Below are positions 48,048 through 59,937 of a stretch of 64,000 bases of DNA, one piece after another. The notes beneath the pieces were generated by a model. The model was not told the DNA's origin and ran no database searches. It saw only the letters and a list, made by a program, of their open reading frames with translations. Both the position numbers and the translations under genes were made by a program. Within the stretch, counting starts at the first letter, position 1. Each line of letters begins with the position of its first letter. Source of the DNA: Kordia sp. (GTDB taxonomy: Bacteria > Bacteroidota > Bacteroidia > Flavobacteriales > Flavobacteriaceae); assembly GCF_965283645.1 (NCBI RefSeq), contig NZ_CBDIPG010000002.1, positions 124,113 to 188,112 on the forward strand, read 5' to 3'.

Positions 48048-48968
48048 CTACAACTTCTCCGTATTGCTTAGTTTACGATGATCTAAAATGGTGTATCCTT
48101 CTTCATCAAAATAGAATGCTTTTTCAAAGGTAACATCCATCAAGAGTTCTTGAAATGTGTATGAGTGTAATTTGTAGACTTCTTCATTGAACGCTTCATC
48201 ATAATAAGTAATCATGATGAGGAATTCTCCATTTAAAGTTTTCAATGCTTCTTTTGAGAATTTTGCCAAAGGTGAATCTTCCGTAATTTCGTGTACCAAC
48301 GTCCACGTAGTTGGCAAATAGGTAATGTGATCTCTTTCTAACTCTAATTGATAAAAATTACGTTTGTATCCATGTGTTGCATCTTCTTCCGTAATAGCAA
48401 GCGTAACTACGATTCGCGGATTGATCATGACATCCGTTTTACTATTGATTAAACGAAACATTAATGCTTGTCCGTCATTAAAATCTCTGTAAATGATGTT
48501 ATTACTGAATTCAATAGAAGCTTTCGGCTTTGAAAAACGTCCATACAAAAGCCCAGTTACGAATGAAAAGCTTAACAGTCCGATCAATGCGTGACAACTT
48601 GAAACAATTCCTGCTAAAATACCTTTTGGCGCCATGGCTCCGTACCCAAGTGTTGTAACTGTTTGAGACGAAAAGAAAAATGCTTTTACAAAATCGTGAA
48701 GGAATGATATTGGTTGTACTCCAATAAACTCAACTCCTATGATTACATATATTGTTGCAAAAAATATGTTTAATACAAAGTATGCTAAGAATACAAAACA
48801 GAAAAAACGTATCCAACTTATATCTACTAAATACGCATATAAAGCTGAGATACCTGATTTTCTATTTAAGTGCTTTATGTTAAACGAACCATCTTTGTTT
48901 ACGATTCGTTTTGCGCTTGTAACTGTCGATTCGCCAAGTCCTGGATCTTTTACCTTGTTTGTCGCCAT
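48048..48968 (-). CDS. Inward-rectifier potassium channel (KirBac-like)
   Basis: FFSSQTVTTLGYG filter, GRFSKP, WTLVHEITEDSPL. Confidence 0.9.
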   Translation of the reverse strand: MATNKVKDPGLGESTVTSAKRIVNKDGSFNIKHLNRKSGISALYAYLVDISWIRFFCFVFLAYFVLNIFFATIYVIIGVEFIGVQPISFLHDFVKAFFFSSQTVTTLGYGAMAPKGILAGIVSSCHALIGLLSFSFVTGLLYGRFSKPKASIEFSNNIIYRDFNDGQALMFRLINSKTDVMINPRIVVTLAITEEDATHGYKRNFYQLELERDHITYLPTTWTLVHEITEDSPLAKFSKEALKTLNGEFLIMITYYDEAFNEEVYKLHSYTFQELLMDVTFEKAFYFDEEGYTILDHRKLSNTEKL

Positions 48969-48975
48969 TCCATCT

Positions 48976-49857
48976 TTATGAATTCAATTGATCCGTAAAC
49001 GTGTTTAATTTTTCTTTCAGTGCTTGTGAAGCTTCAACTAAAGGCAACCGAACTGTCGCCGTTGCTAATCCAAGTTTTTCAAATACAGCTTTGATTCCTG
49101 CCGGATTTCCTTCTTCAAAAATATAATCAATAGAAGGCATTATTTTGTAATGTAATTTGTTTGCCTCCACTACATTTCCTTCCAATCCAAAACGAACCAT
49201 TTGCGAGAATTCTTTCGGATATCCTTGGCCTATTACAGATATTACGCCTGCTCCACCAGCAAATACCATTGGCAACGTAACCATATCGTCACCTGAAATT
49301 ACTAAGAAATCTTTTGGCGCATGTTGAATCAATCGCATGGCCTGTACCATATCGCCTGCGGCTTCTTTTACGGCAATAATATTGTCAAAATCTGTTGCCA
49401 AACGAATCACCGTTTCTGGTAACATATTACTTGCCGTACGACCTGGCACATTGTATAAAACTATCGGTTTTGGACTTGCCGCAGCAATTGCTTTGAAATG
49501 CTGATAAATTCCTTCCTGTGTTGGTTTGTTGTAAAATGGAGATACTGATAATATGGCATCAATATGTTGTAAATCTGTTGTTTTTAGTTCCTGTACAACT
49601 GCAGCTGTGTTGTTTCCGCCAACACCCAAAATGATTGGCAAACGTTTATTAGTTGCTTTTACAATTGTATTTACAACCAATTGTTTTTCAGCTGTTGTTA
49701 ATACTGCGCTTTCTGCTGTTGTTCCCAAAACAACTAAGTAATCTATTCCGCCTTTAATAACATGTTCTACGATGTTTGTAAGTGCTGTAACGTCTACCGA
49801 ATGATCTGCATTAAAAGGTGTAACTAATGCAACTCCAGTTCCTATGAATTTCTTCAT
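48976..49857 (-). CDS. dapA: 4-hydroxy-tetrahydrodipicolinate synthase
   Basis: ALVTPF, GTTAES, YNVPGRT, VKEA, SGDD, NPAGIK. Confidence 0.96.
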   Translation of the reverse strand: MKKFIGTGVALVTPFNADHSVDVTALTNIVEHVIKGGIDYLVVLGTTAESAVLTTAEKQLVVNTIVKATNKRLPIILGVGGNNTAAVVQELKTTDLQHIDAILSVSPFYNKPTQEGIYQHFKAIAAASPKPIVLYNVPGRTASNMLPETVIRLATDFDNIIAVKEAAGDMVQAMRLIQHAPKDFLVISGDDMVTLPMVFAGGAGVISVIGQGYPKEFSQMVRFGLEGNVVEANKLHYKIMPSIDYIFEEGNPAGIKAVFEKLGLATATVRLPLVEASQALKEKLNTFTDQLNS

Positions 49858-50369
49858 TATGATAGTTTATTAAGTATGTGTAAATATTTGTGTAGCTCTT
49901 TTGCAAAAACTTTTGTTTCTGTTATGTTGGTTTGAATAATCATATCATGAATTTCTTGATCTGTTCCTGCTATTCCAACTTTCAAGTTTGCCGTATGCAA
50001 GCCTGAAACTAGTTGCAATGGTACTGAGTCAGAATTGTAATAACTAATTAACAAATCGAATGGTGTTTTTAGAAATTGTTGCAAGCTTTCGGCTTTCGGT
50101 TTTCCTTTCCAACCAAAATCTTTTTCATAAAAAACAGGATAGCGAATTGAACGTGTTTTTTTAACATCTTTATGATAACATAATACGTGTATTTTAGCAT
50201 TAATTTCAATACTTGCAATAATTTCCTCAATAGTATGTGTTTCATCCGCATTGATAAGAATTCCAATGCTTGAAATTGGTTTCGTATTTACTTCTTTAGC
50301 AATTGTTTTTGCTAATTTTTTCGTTAATACTTTTTTGGAGGATTTGTATTGTAATGCTTTTAAAAACAT
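49857..50369 (-). CDS. Conserved hypothetical protein upstream of dapA (DUF6913-like)
   Basis: [12 protein letters not shown]; TACTTTTG box at 50390-50397 supports ATG 50369. Confidence 0.7.
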   Translation of the reverse strand: MFLKALQYKSSKKVLTKKLAKTIAKEVNTKPISSIGILINADETHTIEEIIASIEINAKIHVLCYHKDVKKTRSIRYPVFYEKDFGWKGKPKAESLQQFLKTPFDLLISYYNSDSVPLQLVSGLHTANLKVGIAGTDQEIHDMIIQTNITETKVFAKELHKYLHILNKLS

Positions 50370-50673
50370 GTATTCTGTTTGATTCTTCACAAAAGTACAT
50401 TTTTTAAACAAAAAAATGAGATGTATGAAAAATGTATACACCTCATTTAATTTAACCTAAATCTAACTTTTACCCCTAAAAACGTAAGTTATACCGCAAA
50501 TTACATGGAACTTTTGAAAGATTAAAAAATAGTTCATAAGCGTCGAATTTTAACAACGAACGTTAATTTTTACCTTAGAATCACAAAAAAACTGTGTGTG
50601 TTTACAATTTTTTAGTGTACACAGCACTAATTGTATCTACGATTTTTCATAATTTGCCACATATTTTATTTTT

Positions 50674-51423
50674 ATGAAGAGATTTATTCCACTACTCGCT
50701 CTTTTTTTAGCGTTTTCATGTGCTAAAGAAAAGCAAGATGTTTCCCGAATTGAAGGAAAACGTATCAATATTAATGATTCTATTACTGCCAATCAAGAAA
50801 TTGAAGATTATATTCAACCGTTTCGCGATCGTATACAAGAAGACATGGAAAAAGTGTTGAGTTACGCACCAAAAGATATGCACAAAGGCGATGGTGAACT
50901 TGAAACTACTATTGGAAATTTGATGGCTGATTTTGTAAAATCGCAATCAGAACCTGTCTATAAAAAACGTACTGGAAAAAGTATTGATATCTGTTTACTA
51001 AATCATGGTGGAATTCGTGCGCCAATTGCAAAAGGACCAATTACAACTAAAACTGCTTTTAATGTCATGCCTTTTGAGAATTCTATTGTCGTTGCCGAAT
51101 TGACTTCTGAGAATATACATGCACTCGTTGCCTATCTCGCGGAAGCAAAAAGAGCACATCCTATTGCGGGTTTAACAATTAAATTGAATAGTGATTTTAC
51201 CGTAAATGAAGCGTTAATTGGTGGAAAACCTATTGAAGACGGAAAAACATATACTGTGGTGACTTCTGATTATTTACAACATGGCGGCGATCGTATGTAT
51301 TTCCTGCAAGATCCTGTGTCGTTAGATGTTTTAGATTATAAAATTAGAAACGCAATGATTGATTATTTTAAAACTGTAGACACAATTCCTGCACGACTTG
51401 ATGGCAGATTTGTAAAACTATAA
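50674..51423 (+). CDS. 5'-nucleotidase C-terminal domain lipoprotein
   Basis: Lipobox AFSC; NHGGIRA, MPFENS, YTVVTSDYL. Confidence 0.9.
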   Translation: MKRFIPLLALFLAFSCAKEKQDVSRIEGKRININDSITANQEIEDYIQPFRDRIQEDMEKVLSYAPKDMHKGDGELETTIGNLMADFVKSQSEPVYKKRTGKSIDICLLNHGGIRAPIAKGPITTKTAFNVMPFENSIVVAELTSENIHALVAYLAEAKRAHPIAGLTIKLNSDFTVNEALIGGKPIEDGKTYTVVTSDYLQHGGDRMYFLQDPVSLDVLDYKIRNAMIDYFKTVDTIPARLDGRFVKL

Positions 51424-51433
51424 ACCTATTATT

Positions 51434-52351
51434 ATGAAGAGAAGAGATTTTATACAACATTCGTTAGCAACTAGTGCTTTTGTAACTTTAGGTGGTTTGT
51501 CTTTACAAAGTTTTACCGCAAGTTCAGCAAAGAAACATATTACTATTTTACATACAAACGACGTTCACAGTCATATTGATCCTTTTGGAGCAAGTCATCC
51601 ACGAAATCCAAATCAAGGTGGCGCAGCACGAAGAGCAACGTTGGTTTCTAAAATTCGAAAAGAAAACCCAAATACATTGTTATTAGATGCAGGAGATATT
51701 TTCCAAGGAACACCTTATTTTAACTATTATGGTGGCGAATTGGAGTTTAAGTTAATGAGTATGATGAAATACGATTTAGCAACAATTGGAAACCACGATT
51801 TTGACAATGGAATTGACGGATTGTACAAGCAACTACCAAATGCAAATTTTGACTTCGTTTCTGCAAATTATGATTTCAAAAATACGGTGATGGATACACA
51901 TGTGAAACCGTATAAGATTTTTATGAAAGATGGAATTAAAATTGGAATCTTTGGACTTGGTGTAAAATTAGAAGGTTTGGTTGATAAACGTATGTATAAA
52001 GAAACTGTTTACAACGATCCTATTGAATCTGCACAAGATATGAGTCGTATATTGAAAGAAGAAGAACAATGCGATTTGGTCATTTGTTTATCACATATTG
52101 GCTATAATTACAAGAAAAACCCAGAAAGACCTTCAGATTTAGTTTTAGCTAGAAAAACAAAAGATATTGATTTAATTATTGGTGGACATACACATACATT
52201 TTTACGTAAACCAACCATTGAAAAAAATCTAAATGGAGATTCTGTTTTGGTGAATCAAGTTGGTGCGTATGGTATTTATGTGGGAAGAATTGACTTTTAT
52301 TTTGATGATGAAAAAAATGTAATTGCCAACGGAAAGTCGATTATAGTGTAA
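51434..52351 (+). CDS. 5'-nucleotidase N-terminal metallophosphoesterase with Tat signal
   Basis: MKRRDF; HTNDVHS, LDAGD, GNHDFD, LSHIG, GGHTH. Confidence 0.92.
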   Translation: MKRRDFIQHSLATSAFVTLGGLSLQSFTASSAKKHITILHTNDVHSHIDPFGASHPRNPNQGGAARRATLVSKIRKENPNTLLLDAGDIFQGTPYFNYYGGELEFKLMSMMKYDLATIGNHDFDNGIDGLYKQLPNANFDFVSANYDFKNTVMDTHVKPYKIFMKDGIKIGIFGLGVKLEGLVDKRMYKETVYNDPIESAQDMSRILKEEEQCDLVICLSHIGYNYKKNPERPSDLVLARKTKDIDLIIGGHTHTFLRKPTIEKNLNGDSVLVNQVGAYGIYVGRIDFYFDDEKNVIANGKSIIV

Positions 52352-53066
52352 ACATATCGTCGTTTTCTTTCTTCATTGTATCTTTTATCATCATATAACG
52401 CCACATGGAATAATTTGAAATCATAAAAAACATATTTGCACCAATTCCAACAATTCTATTGGTAAACACAAATAGATAAATTCCGTAAAGCATGCCCATT
52501 CCTATGGTGCTGACGCCTGCTATTAGCAACTTTTTTGTTATTAAACTAGGTTTGCTAACGTAGGTAAGTATTGTTAAAAACGAAAAATAACCAACTACAA
52601 ATGTGTACGATACAATTTGACTAAAGGCATAGTCAGGTATTTTATCAATAAAAAATATAAACGGAATCATATATATTGCCAAGAATGGTACTGTACTAAC
52701 TAAAATTCTTCTCGTAGAAATGTAGTGTGATTTTATCAATACAATAACGCCATACAATCCTATTCCGATAGTTGTAGCAATAACGCCTTCAATAAATTGT
52801 TCTCCGCCAATACGAAAAAAATAATCTGCCGTCATAAATGCTGCTAAAGCTACTAAGTATAGGATACTTTTTGTTTCTTTTTGTAAAAAATAAAAAAGTA
52901 CCAATACAGGTATAGGCAACAACATTGTGTAGCGCCTAAACGTCAAATCTGAATAGAAAAACCAAATAATATCTATGCTTGCAATACAGATTAATATGGT
53001 TTTAAGTATCGTATTTGTTTTTTTCATCTGCATCACAAAGTAAATTGTTTCTGTTTTGAATTCCAA
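52341..53066 (-). CDS. Multi-pass membrane protein (YhhN-like family, tentative)
   Basis: About 7-8 TM; paralogous to 53121-53762 (VPFLxIYxxP). Confidence 0.7.
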   Translation of the reverse strand: MEFKTETIYFVMQMKKTNTILKTILICIASIDIIWFFYSDLTFRRYTMLLPIPVLVLFYFLQKETKSILYLVALAAFMTADYFFRIGGEQFIEGVIATTIGIGLYGVIVLIKSHYISTRRILVSTVPFLAIYMIPFIFFIDKIPDYAFSQIVSYTFVVGYFSFLTILTYVSKPSLITKKLLIAGVSTIGMGMLYGIYLFVFTNRIVGIGANMFFMISNYSMWRYMMIKDTMKKENDDMFTL

Positions 53067-53120
53067 TGATTTTTATTTTTATTGAGGAGCAATTACACTA
53101 AATAATTGTTTACTAATTAC

Positions 53121-53762
53121 TTACTGTTTGCTAACGTATTTATACATAGCAAAATGCATTAGTAAAAATGTTAATACGACACCAACTCGTATTGAAACTA
53201 GATATTCAAAAAACATATTGTATCCGTGAATAATTGTAGAAATCAAAAATAAAATTCCCGAACATAACAACCACAAGTTAAGTGTATTTTGATCATTTAT
53301 ATAGACAAGTGTGGAAACAAAAAAGAACAATCCTACAAAGAATACATAAAAAATTATATAATTAAATATGTCCATTTGCACTGCATCCGAATAGAAAATT
53401 AACGGAACTAAATATATAATTAGAAACGGAACAGCGGCAATGGCAATACTTTTTATCGGAATTACTTTTGCCGTTTTTAAACTCACAATCACGTACATGC
53501 ACACACCTAGTCCATAAAAAATTAATGCCAATTTAAAATATGCTTTTGTATTAAATAGTATGATCCCTAAAAATGTAGCAATCAGTCCAAAAAAGTACAA
53601 CCAATTGATGTTCTTTACAGAATGTATATACAATAATATTAAAATTGGAAATGGTAAAAAGGTTATGTATTTTCTATTAATCCATTCAGGAAATAGTACG
53701 CCTAGCACATCTAGAAAAATAGCAGTAAAATACAGTAATAAGAGGATTTTTCGTTTCGGCAT
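53121..53762 (-). CDS. Multi-pass membrane protein, paralogue
   Basis: About 8 TM; shared motifs with both neighbours. Confidence 0.7.
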   Translation of the reverse strand: MPKRKILLLLYFTAIFLDVLGVLFPEWINRKYITFLPFPILILLYIHSVKNINWLYFFGLIATFLGIILFNTKAYFKLALIFYGLGVCMYVIVSLKTAKVIPIKSIAIAAVPFLIIYLVPLIFYSDAVQMDIFNYIIFYVFFVGLFFFVSTLVYINDQNTLNLWLLCSGILFLISTIIHGYNMFFEYLVSIRVGVVLTFLLMHFAMYKYVSKQ

Positions 53763-53891
53763 GCACTAAAAAATTAAGTACATATAAGTTACAAAATATT
53801 TTTGATAATTTATGCGATTTATGTTTGTTCTGTAAGCTATAATTTTTTTCATCGACTACTTTTTCAACTAAACACTAAAAACCAACACTTT

Positions 53892-54290
53892 ATGAAAAAA
53901 TACATTCCATTTATCATCCGATTAGCCATTGCTATTATATTGATTCAAACCTTACGATTTAAATTAACTGCGGCTCCTGATAGTGTTTATATTTTTGAAC
54001 AAGTAGGTTTAGAACCAGTTGGACGTATCGGAATTGGTATTGCTGAATTGATTGCAGGGATTTTAATTTTAATTCCAAAAACTGCTTGGATTGGCGCAGC
54101 CCTAACACTTGGAATTATTGGTGGTGCGATTATGATGCATTTGACAAAATTGGGCATTGAAGTTCCGTTTGAAGGAAAACCAGATGGTGGCGCATTATTT
54201 ATAACTGCTGTTGTTGTATTTATATTGAGTGCAATTACGCTTTGGTTGCAACGCAAAAACATTCCTATAATCGGGAAAAAGTTTAGCTAA
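53892..54290 (+). CDS. DoxX-like membrane protein
   Basis: QTLRFKLT, EPVGRIGIGIAEL, GAIMMHLTKLG; start at ATG 53892. Confidence 0.82.
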   Translation: MKKYIPFIIRLAIAIILIQTLRFKLTAAPDSVYIFEQVGLEPVGRIGIGIAELIAGILILIPKTAWIGAALTLGIIGGAIMMHLTKLGIEVPFEGKPDGGALFITAVVVFILSAITLWLQRKNIPIIGKKFS

Positions 54291-54306
54291 CATTTGAAAG
54301 TTTTAT

Positions 54307-54586
54307 TTATTCTTCTAAAACATCTAAAACACTCATACCATCATTTTCAAGAATAAATTTGAAAGAGAAAAATAGCATAAAATTGCTATAAAATATTGCA
54401 ATTATCATAAACATTCGTTCATACATATACAGTTCGTTACTAGTGACTGTAATGTTCATGATACCCAAATTTACAGCCGTAATAAGCATCCTATAATAAA
54501 TCTATTTTTTCTAGAAATAAAGCGACCAGCAATGAAATAAAAGCTATTGCGAAAAAGGCAATATGTATCAGTTTTCTAAAGTCCAC
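54307..54586 (-). pseudogene. Internally deleted paralogue of 54602-55285
   Basis: GTG 54586 gives VDFRKLIHIAF..LVALFLEK (matches the neighbour's N-terminus), joined out of frame to MLITAVNLG..NELY (matches its C-terminus). Confidence 0.75.
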
Positions 54587-54601
54587 GTATAATTTAGATC
54601 C

Positions 54602-55285
54602 TCAAAAATCAATTGCTTCATCGGTATCATCCAACATAAATTTTAATACAAAAAATTGAATACACAAACTACAAAACACAACAATTACCGTAAATATAGT
54701 TTCGTACACATACAATTCATTCAAGCCAATAATAATGTTCATAAAGCCTAAATTTATAGCCGCAATTAACATCCAAAGGTTGGGTTGATTTTTATCTTTA
54801 AGGTAATAATACAAGGCGGTAAATATATAACTCAACATAAAAAACATTAAGAAACTAAAATATACAGCCGCCTCCGCAAGTTCCGATGAAATTATACTTA
54901 TTACATTATAATAGATGTACAATACTGGTATTGAAATTACTATTACATATAAATAAATAGTAACTTCTGTTTTTTTCATCACATTGCGTACATACATCAA
55001 ACGTAAATAGATAATATAAAATAGTGAGAATAATACAGAAACTGCTTCTAAATAGTTCCGTAAACCTAGTATTAACAATATTCCGCCAGCCAATCCAATT
55101 ATTTGTGAAATGATATATAACACACTTGTTGGTGTTGTTTTTTCTGTGAAATAAATTATTAAAATTGTAAACACCGTAAACGGTTGCACATAAATTAAAC
55201 TAAACTTTTCAAAAAGTATAGCTACAAGTATCGCCACTACTGCGGAAATTAAGAAAGCTATATGTGTCGGTTTCGTTATATTCAT
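54602..55285 (-). CDS. Multi-pass membrane protein
   Basis: About 8 TM, 227 aa. Confidence 0.72.
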   Translation of the reverse strand: MNITKPTHIAFLISAVVAILVAILFEKFSLIYVQPFTVFTILIIYFTEKTTPTSVLYIISQIIGLAGGILLILGLRNYLEAVSVLFSLFYIIYLRLMYVRNVMKKTEVTIYLYVIVISIPVLYIYYNVISIISSELAEAAVYFSFLMFFMLSYIFTALYYYLKDKNQPNLWMLIAAINLGFMNIIIGLNELYVYETIFTVIVVFCSLCIQFFVLKFMLDDTDEAIDF

Positions 55286-57286
<2,001 letters not shown>

Positions 57287-57318
57287 CTATACTAAAATCG
57301 ATGATTATTTATTTCTTT

Positions 57319-58635
57319 TTATGCTACTACTTTTTTTCTTCGCTTTACAAAACCATATATCATAATATATGTGTAACAAGCTAATACTAAAACAAATGCA
57401 GTTTTAAATCCTATATTGTCTGTTAACAGTCCGTATAATGGTGGAATAACCGCGCCACCAACAATCATGGTGCATAAAATTCCGGAAGCTTGTGGTTTCA
57501 AATCATCCAATCCTCCGAGCGCTAAAGTAAATATTGTTGGGAACATAATAGAATTAAATAGACCAACTGCCAAAATACTCCACATAGAGATAAATCCTAC
57601 AGTGTTTATAGAAATTATTATCATTAACAACGCACCAATTGCAAAACCGATCAATACTTTTGCAGGATCAATAATTTTGGTTAAATACGCTCCGATAAAA
57701 CGTCCAATCATGGCACCAGACCAATAAAACGTTACAAATGCACCAACAATAGCTTTTGGATCTAAGGTTGACAAATCGGCACTGACAATCCATTCTGAAA
57801 TACTTTTCATAGTTGGATTGTTTACAATGGCTTCCGCCAGATTCATATCGACAAAATAACTAGTTAAGTAACTTCCGATGGCAACTTCTGCGCCAACATA
57901 CACAAAAATTCCAATAGCTCCCATAACTAATGATGGTTTTTCTAGCAAAGTTAAATAACCGCCTTTTGGAGCTTTTTGAAGTATTTTTGGCAGTTTTACA
58001 TATACAAATATGATTGCTAATACTAATGTGAATAAGCCAATAGCAACAAACGGTATTTGCACATTGGAAGCTTCTGCGGCATAATACATTTCTTTTTGAA
58101 GACTATTTAACCCTTCAATTTCGTCACCTGTTTTTATCTTATCGCTCAAAATAAACATAGCTCCAACGGCTGGTGCAATTGCTGTTCCTAATGAGTTAAA
58201 TGCTTGTGATAAATTCAATCGGCTACTCGCGCCTTCTTCCGAACCTAACGCCGCTACATACGGATTGGCGGCAACTTGCAAAATGGTCATTCCGCTTGCC
58301 AATACAAATACTGCTAATAGAAATACGATGAAAATTCTTGAAGAAGCGGCTGGATAAAAAAGTAAACAACCCGATCCCATGATCACTAAACCTAGAATGA
58401 TTCCTTTTTTATAGCCAATTTTAGACAATAGAAATCCTGCGGGAATTGATAGTAATAAATATGCTCCAAAAAATGCAAATTGAATCAATCCAGATTCAAA
58501 GTACGAAATTTCAAATACTTCTTTGAGTCGTGGAATTAACGGATCGACTAAAACCGTGATAAATCCCCAAAGGAAAAATAATGAGGTTAAAAATATAAAA
58601 GCACTTTTATAAGAGTTTTTGGTTGTTGATGACAT
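57319..58635 (-). CDS. Sugar MFS transporter (FucP/GluP family)
   Basis: LFFLWGF, LQVAANPY, RLNLSQAFNSLG, SIMFPTIF. Confidence 0.92.
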   Translation of the reverse strand: MSSTTKNSYKSAFIFLTSLFFLWGFITVLVDPLIPRLKEVFEISYFESGLIQFAFFGAYLLLSIPAGFLLSKIGYKKGIILGLVIMGSGCLLFYPAASSRIFIVFLLAVFVLASGMTILQVAANPYVAALGSEEGASSRLNLSQAFNSLGTAIAPAVGAMFILSDKIKTGDEIEGLNSLQKEMYYAAEASNVQIPFVAIGLFTLVLAIIFVYVKLPKILQKAPKGGYLTLLEKPSLVMGAIGIFVYVGAEVAIGSYLTSYFVDMNLAEAIVNNPTMKSISEWIVSADLSTLDPKAIVGAFVTFYWSGAMIGRFIGAYLTKIIDPAKVLIGFAIGALLMIIISINTVGFISMWSILAVGLFNSIMFPTIFTLALGGLDDLKPQASGILCTMIVGGAVIPPLYGLLTDNIGFKTAFVLVLACYTYIMIYGFVKRRKKVVA

Positions 58636-58760
58636 GCTGGTTAGTTAAGTTATTTGTTGTGTATTGTGTTGTGTTGTGTGCTAGTTATTCACTTTCTATT
58701 TGTTTTCAAAGTATAAACTATTAGACTCCTAAACTTGATTTTTTATTAATTCGTTTTTCG

Positions 58761-58784
58761 TTCACACTGAGCTTGTCGAAGTGA
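58761..58784. repeat. REP-like fragment
   Basis: TTCACACTGAGCTTGTCGAAGTGA, related to the fragment at 59868. Confidence 0.35.
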
Positions 58785-58832
58785 TGATTCGTTTATTTAC
58801 TTTTTACGTCACTCAAAACTCATAACTAGTTT

Positions 58833-59852
58833 CTATTTTGTTTTGTTGTAAAAATCTGATTGAATATTTTTGTTTTCACCTTCTTTGTATAGGTTGTAAC
58901 TAAACCACTCATGAATGGAATATGCACCAGTTTCACCTTGTTTGTTTACAGCAATATATCCTACTTGAAAGTTTTTAAAATTACTGTTTGGCTTCTCCAC
59001 AATTCTTCTAATGGCTTCTTCACATGCTTCTTGTGGTGATTTCCCTTGTCGCATGAGTTCAACGATTAGGAAGCTTCCAACGGTTTTTAGCACTTCTTCT
59101 CCTAAACCAGTTGCAGAAGCGCCACCAATTTCATTATCGACAAATAATCCGCCACCAATTATTGGTGAATCTCCTACTCTACCTGCCATTTTATACGCCA
59201 ATCCACTTGTGGTACAGGCACCTGAGATATCTCCGTTTTTGTCTATCGCCAACATTCCAATAGTATCATGATTTTCGATGTTGATAATAGGTTTGTATTC
59301 AGATTTTATTTTCCACTCTTCCCAAGCTTTTTTGGATGCTTCTGTTAATAAATTTTCTTTTTTGAATCCTTTTTCATAGGCAAATTTTTCAGCGCCTTTT
59401 CCTATCAACATTACATGTGGCGTATCTTCCATTACTTTTCTTGCCAAAGAAATTACATGCATGATATTTTGCACGCCAAGTACAGCGCCATAGTTTCCAT
59501 GTGTATCCATGATGCACGCATCTAAGGTTACATTTCCGTCTCTATCGGGCAAACCGCCTTTTCCTACTGATTGTCCTTTTTCGTTTGCTTCCTCAATTTT
59601 ACAGCCTTCTTCAACAGCATCTACTACCGAACCGCCTTTTTCCAATACTTTTGCTGCAGTTTCTACTGCTAAAGGTGTATTCCAAGTTGCAATTACTAAA
59701 GGTCGTACAGGTTTTGTGTTTGTTGTTGTAGCTTTTGCAGTTGCAACTCCAGTTTCAGTGTTTTTTTCGTCAGCGCAAGACGCTAACGCGGTTCCTACGG
59801 TTAAACCTAATCCTGTTAAAGCGGCACTTTGTATAAATTTTCTTCTTTTCAA
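58833..59852 (-). CDS. N(4)-(beta-N-acetylglucosaminyl)-L-asparaginase (glycosylasparaginase), Tat-exported
   Basis: MKRRKF signal; IATWN, HDTIG autocleavage site, GRVGDSPIIG. Confidence 0.92.
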   Translation of the reverse strand: MKRRKFIQSAALTGLGLTVGTALASCADEKNTETGVATAKATTTNTKPVRPLVIATWNTPLAVETAAKVLEKGGSVVDAVEEGCKIEEANEKGQSVGKGGLPDRDGNVTLDACIMDTHGNYGAVLGVQNIMHVISLARKVMEDTPHVMLIGKGAEKFAYEKGFKKENLLTEASKKAWEEWKIKSEYKPIINIENHDTIGMLAIDKNGDISGACTTSGLAYKMAGRVGDSPIIGGGLFVDNEIGGASATGLGEEVLKTVGSFLIVELMRQGKSPQEACEEAIRRIVEKPNSNFKNFQVGYIAVNKQGETGAYSIHEWFSYNLYKEGENKNIQSDFYNKTK

Positions 59853-59867
59853 ATTGATTAATTTTTA

Positions 59868-59889
59868 TCTCGACTGCGCTCGATATGAC
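59868..59889. repeat. REP-like fragment
   Basis: TCTCGACTGCGCTCGATATGAC (TCGA-N6-TCGA). Confidence 0.35.
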
Positions 59890-59937
59890 AATAGTACAAA
59901 TTGTATTTTAGCATATAAAACTGCACGTGTCGAAGCG

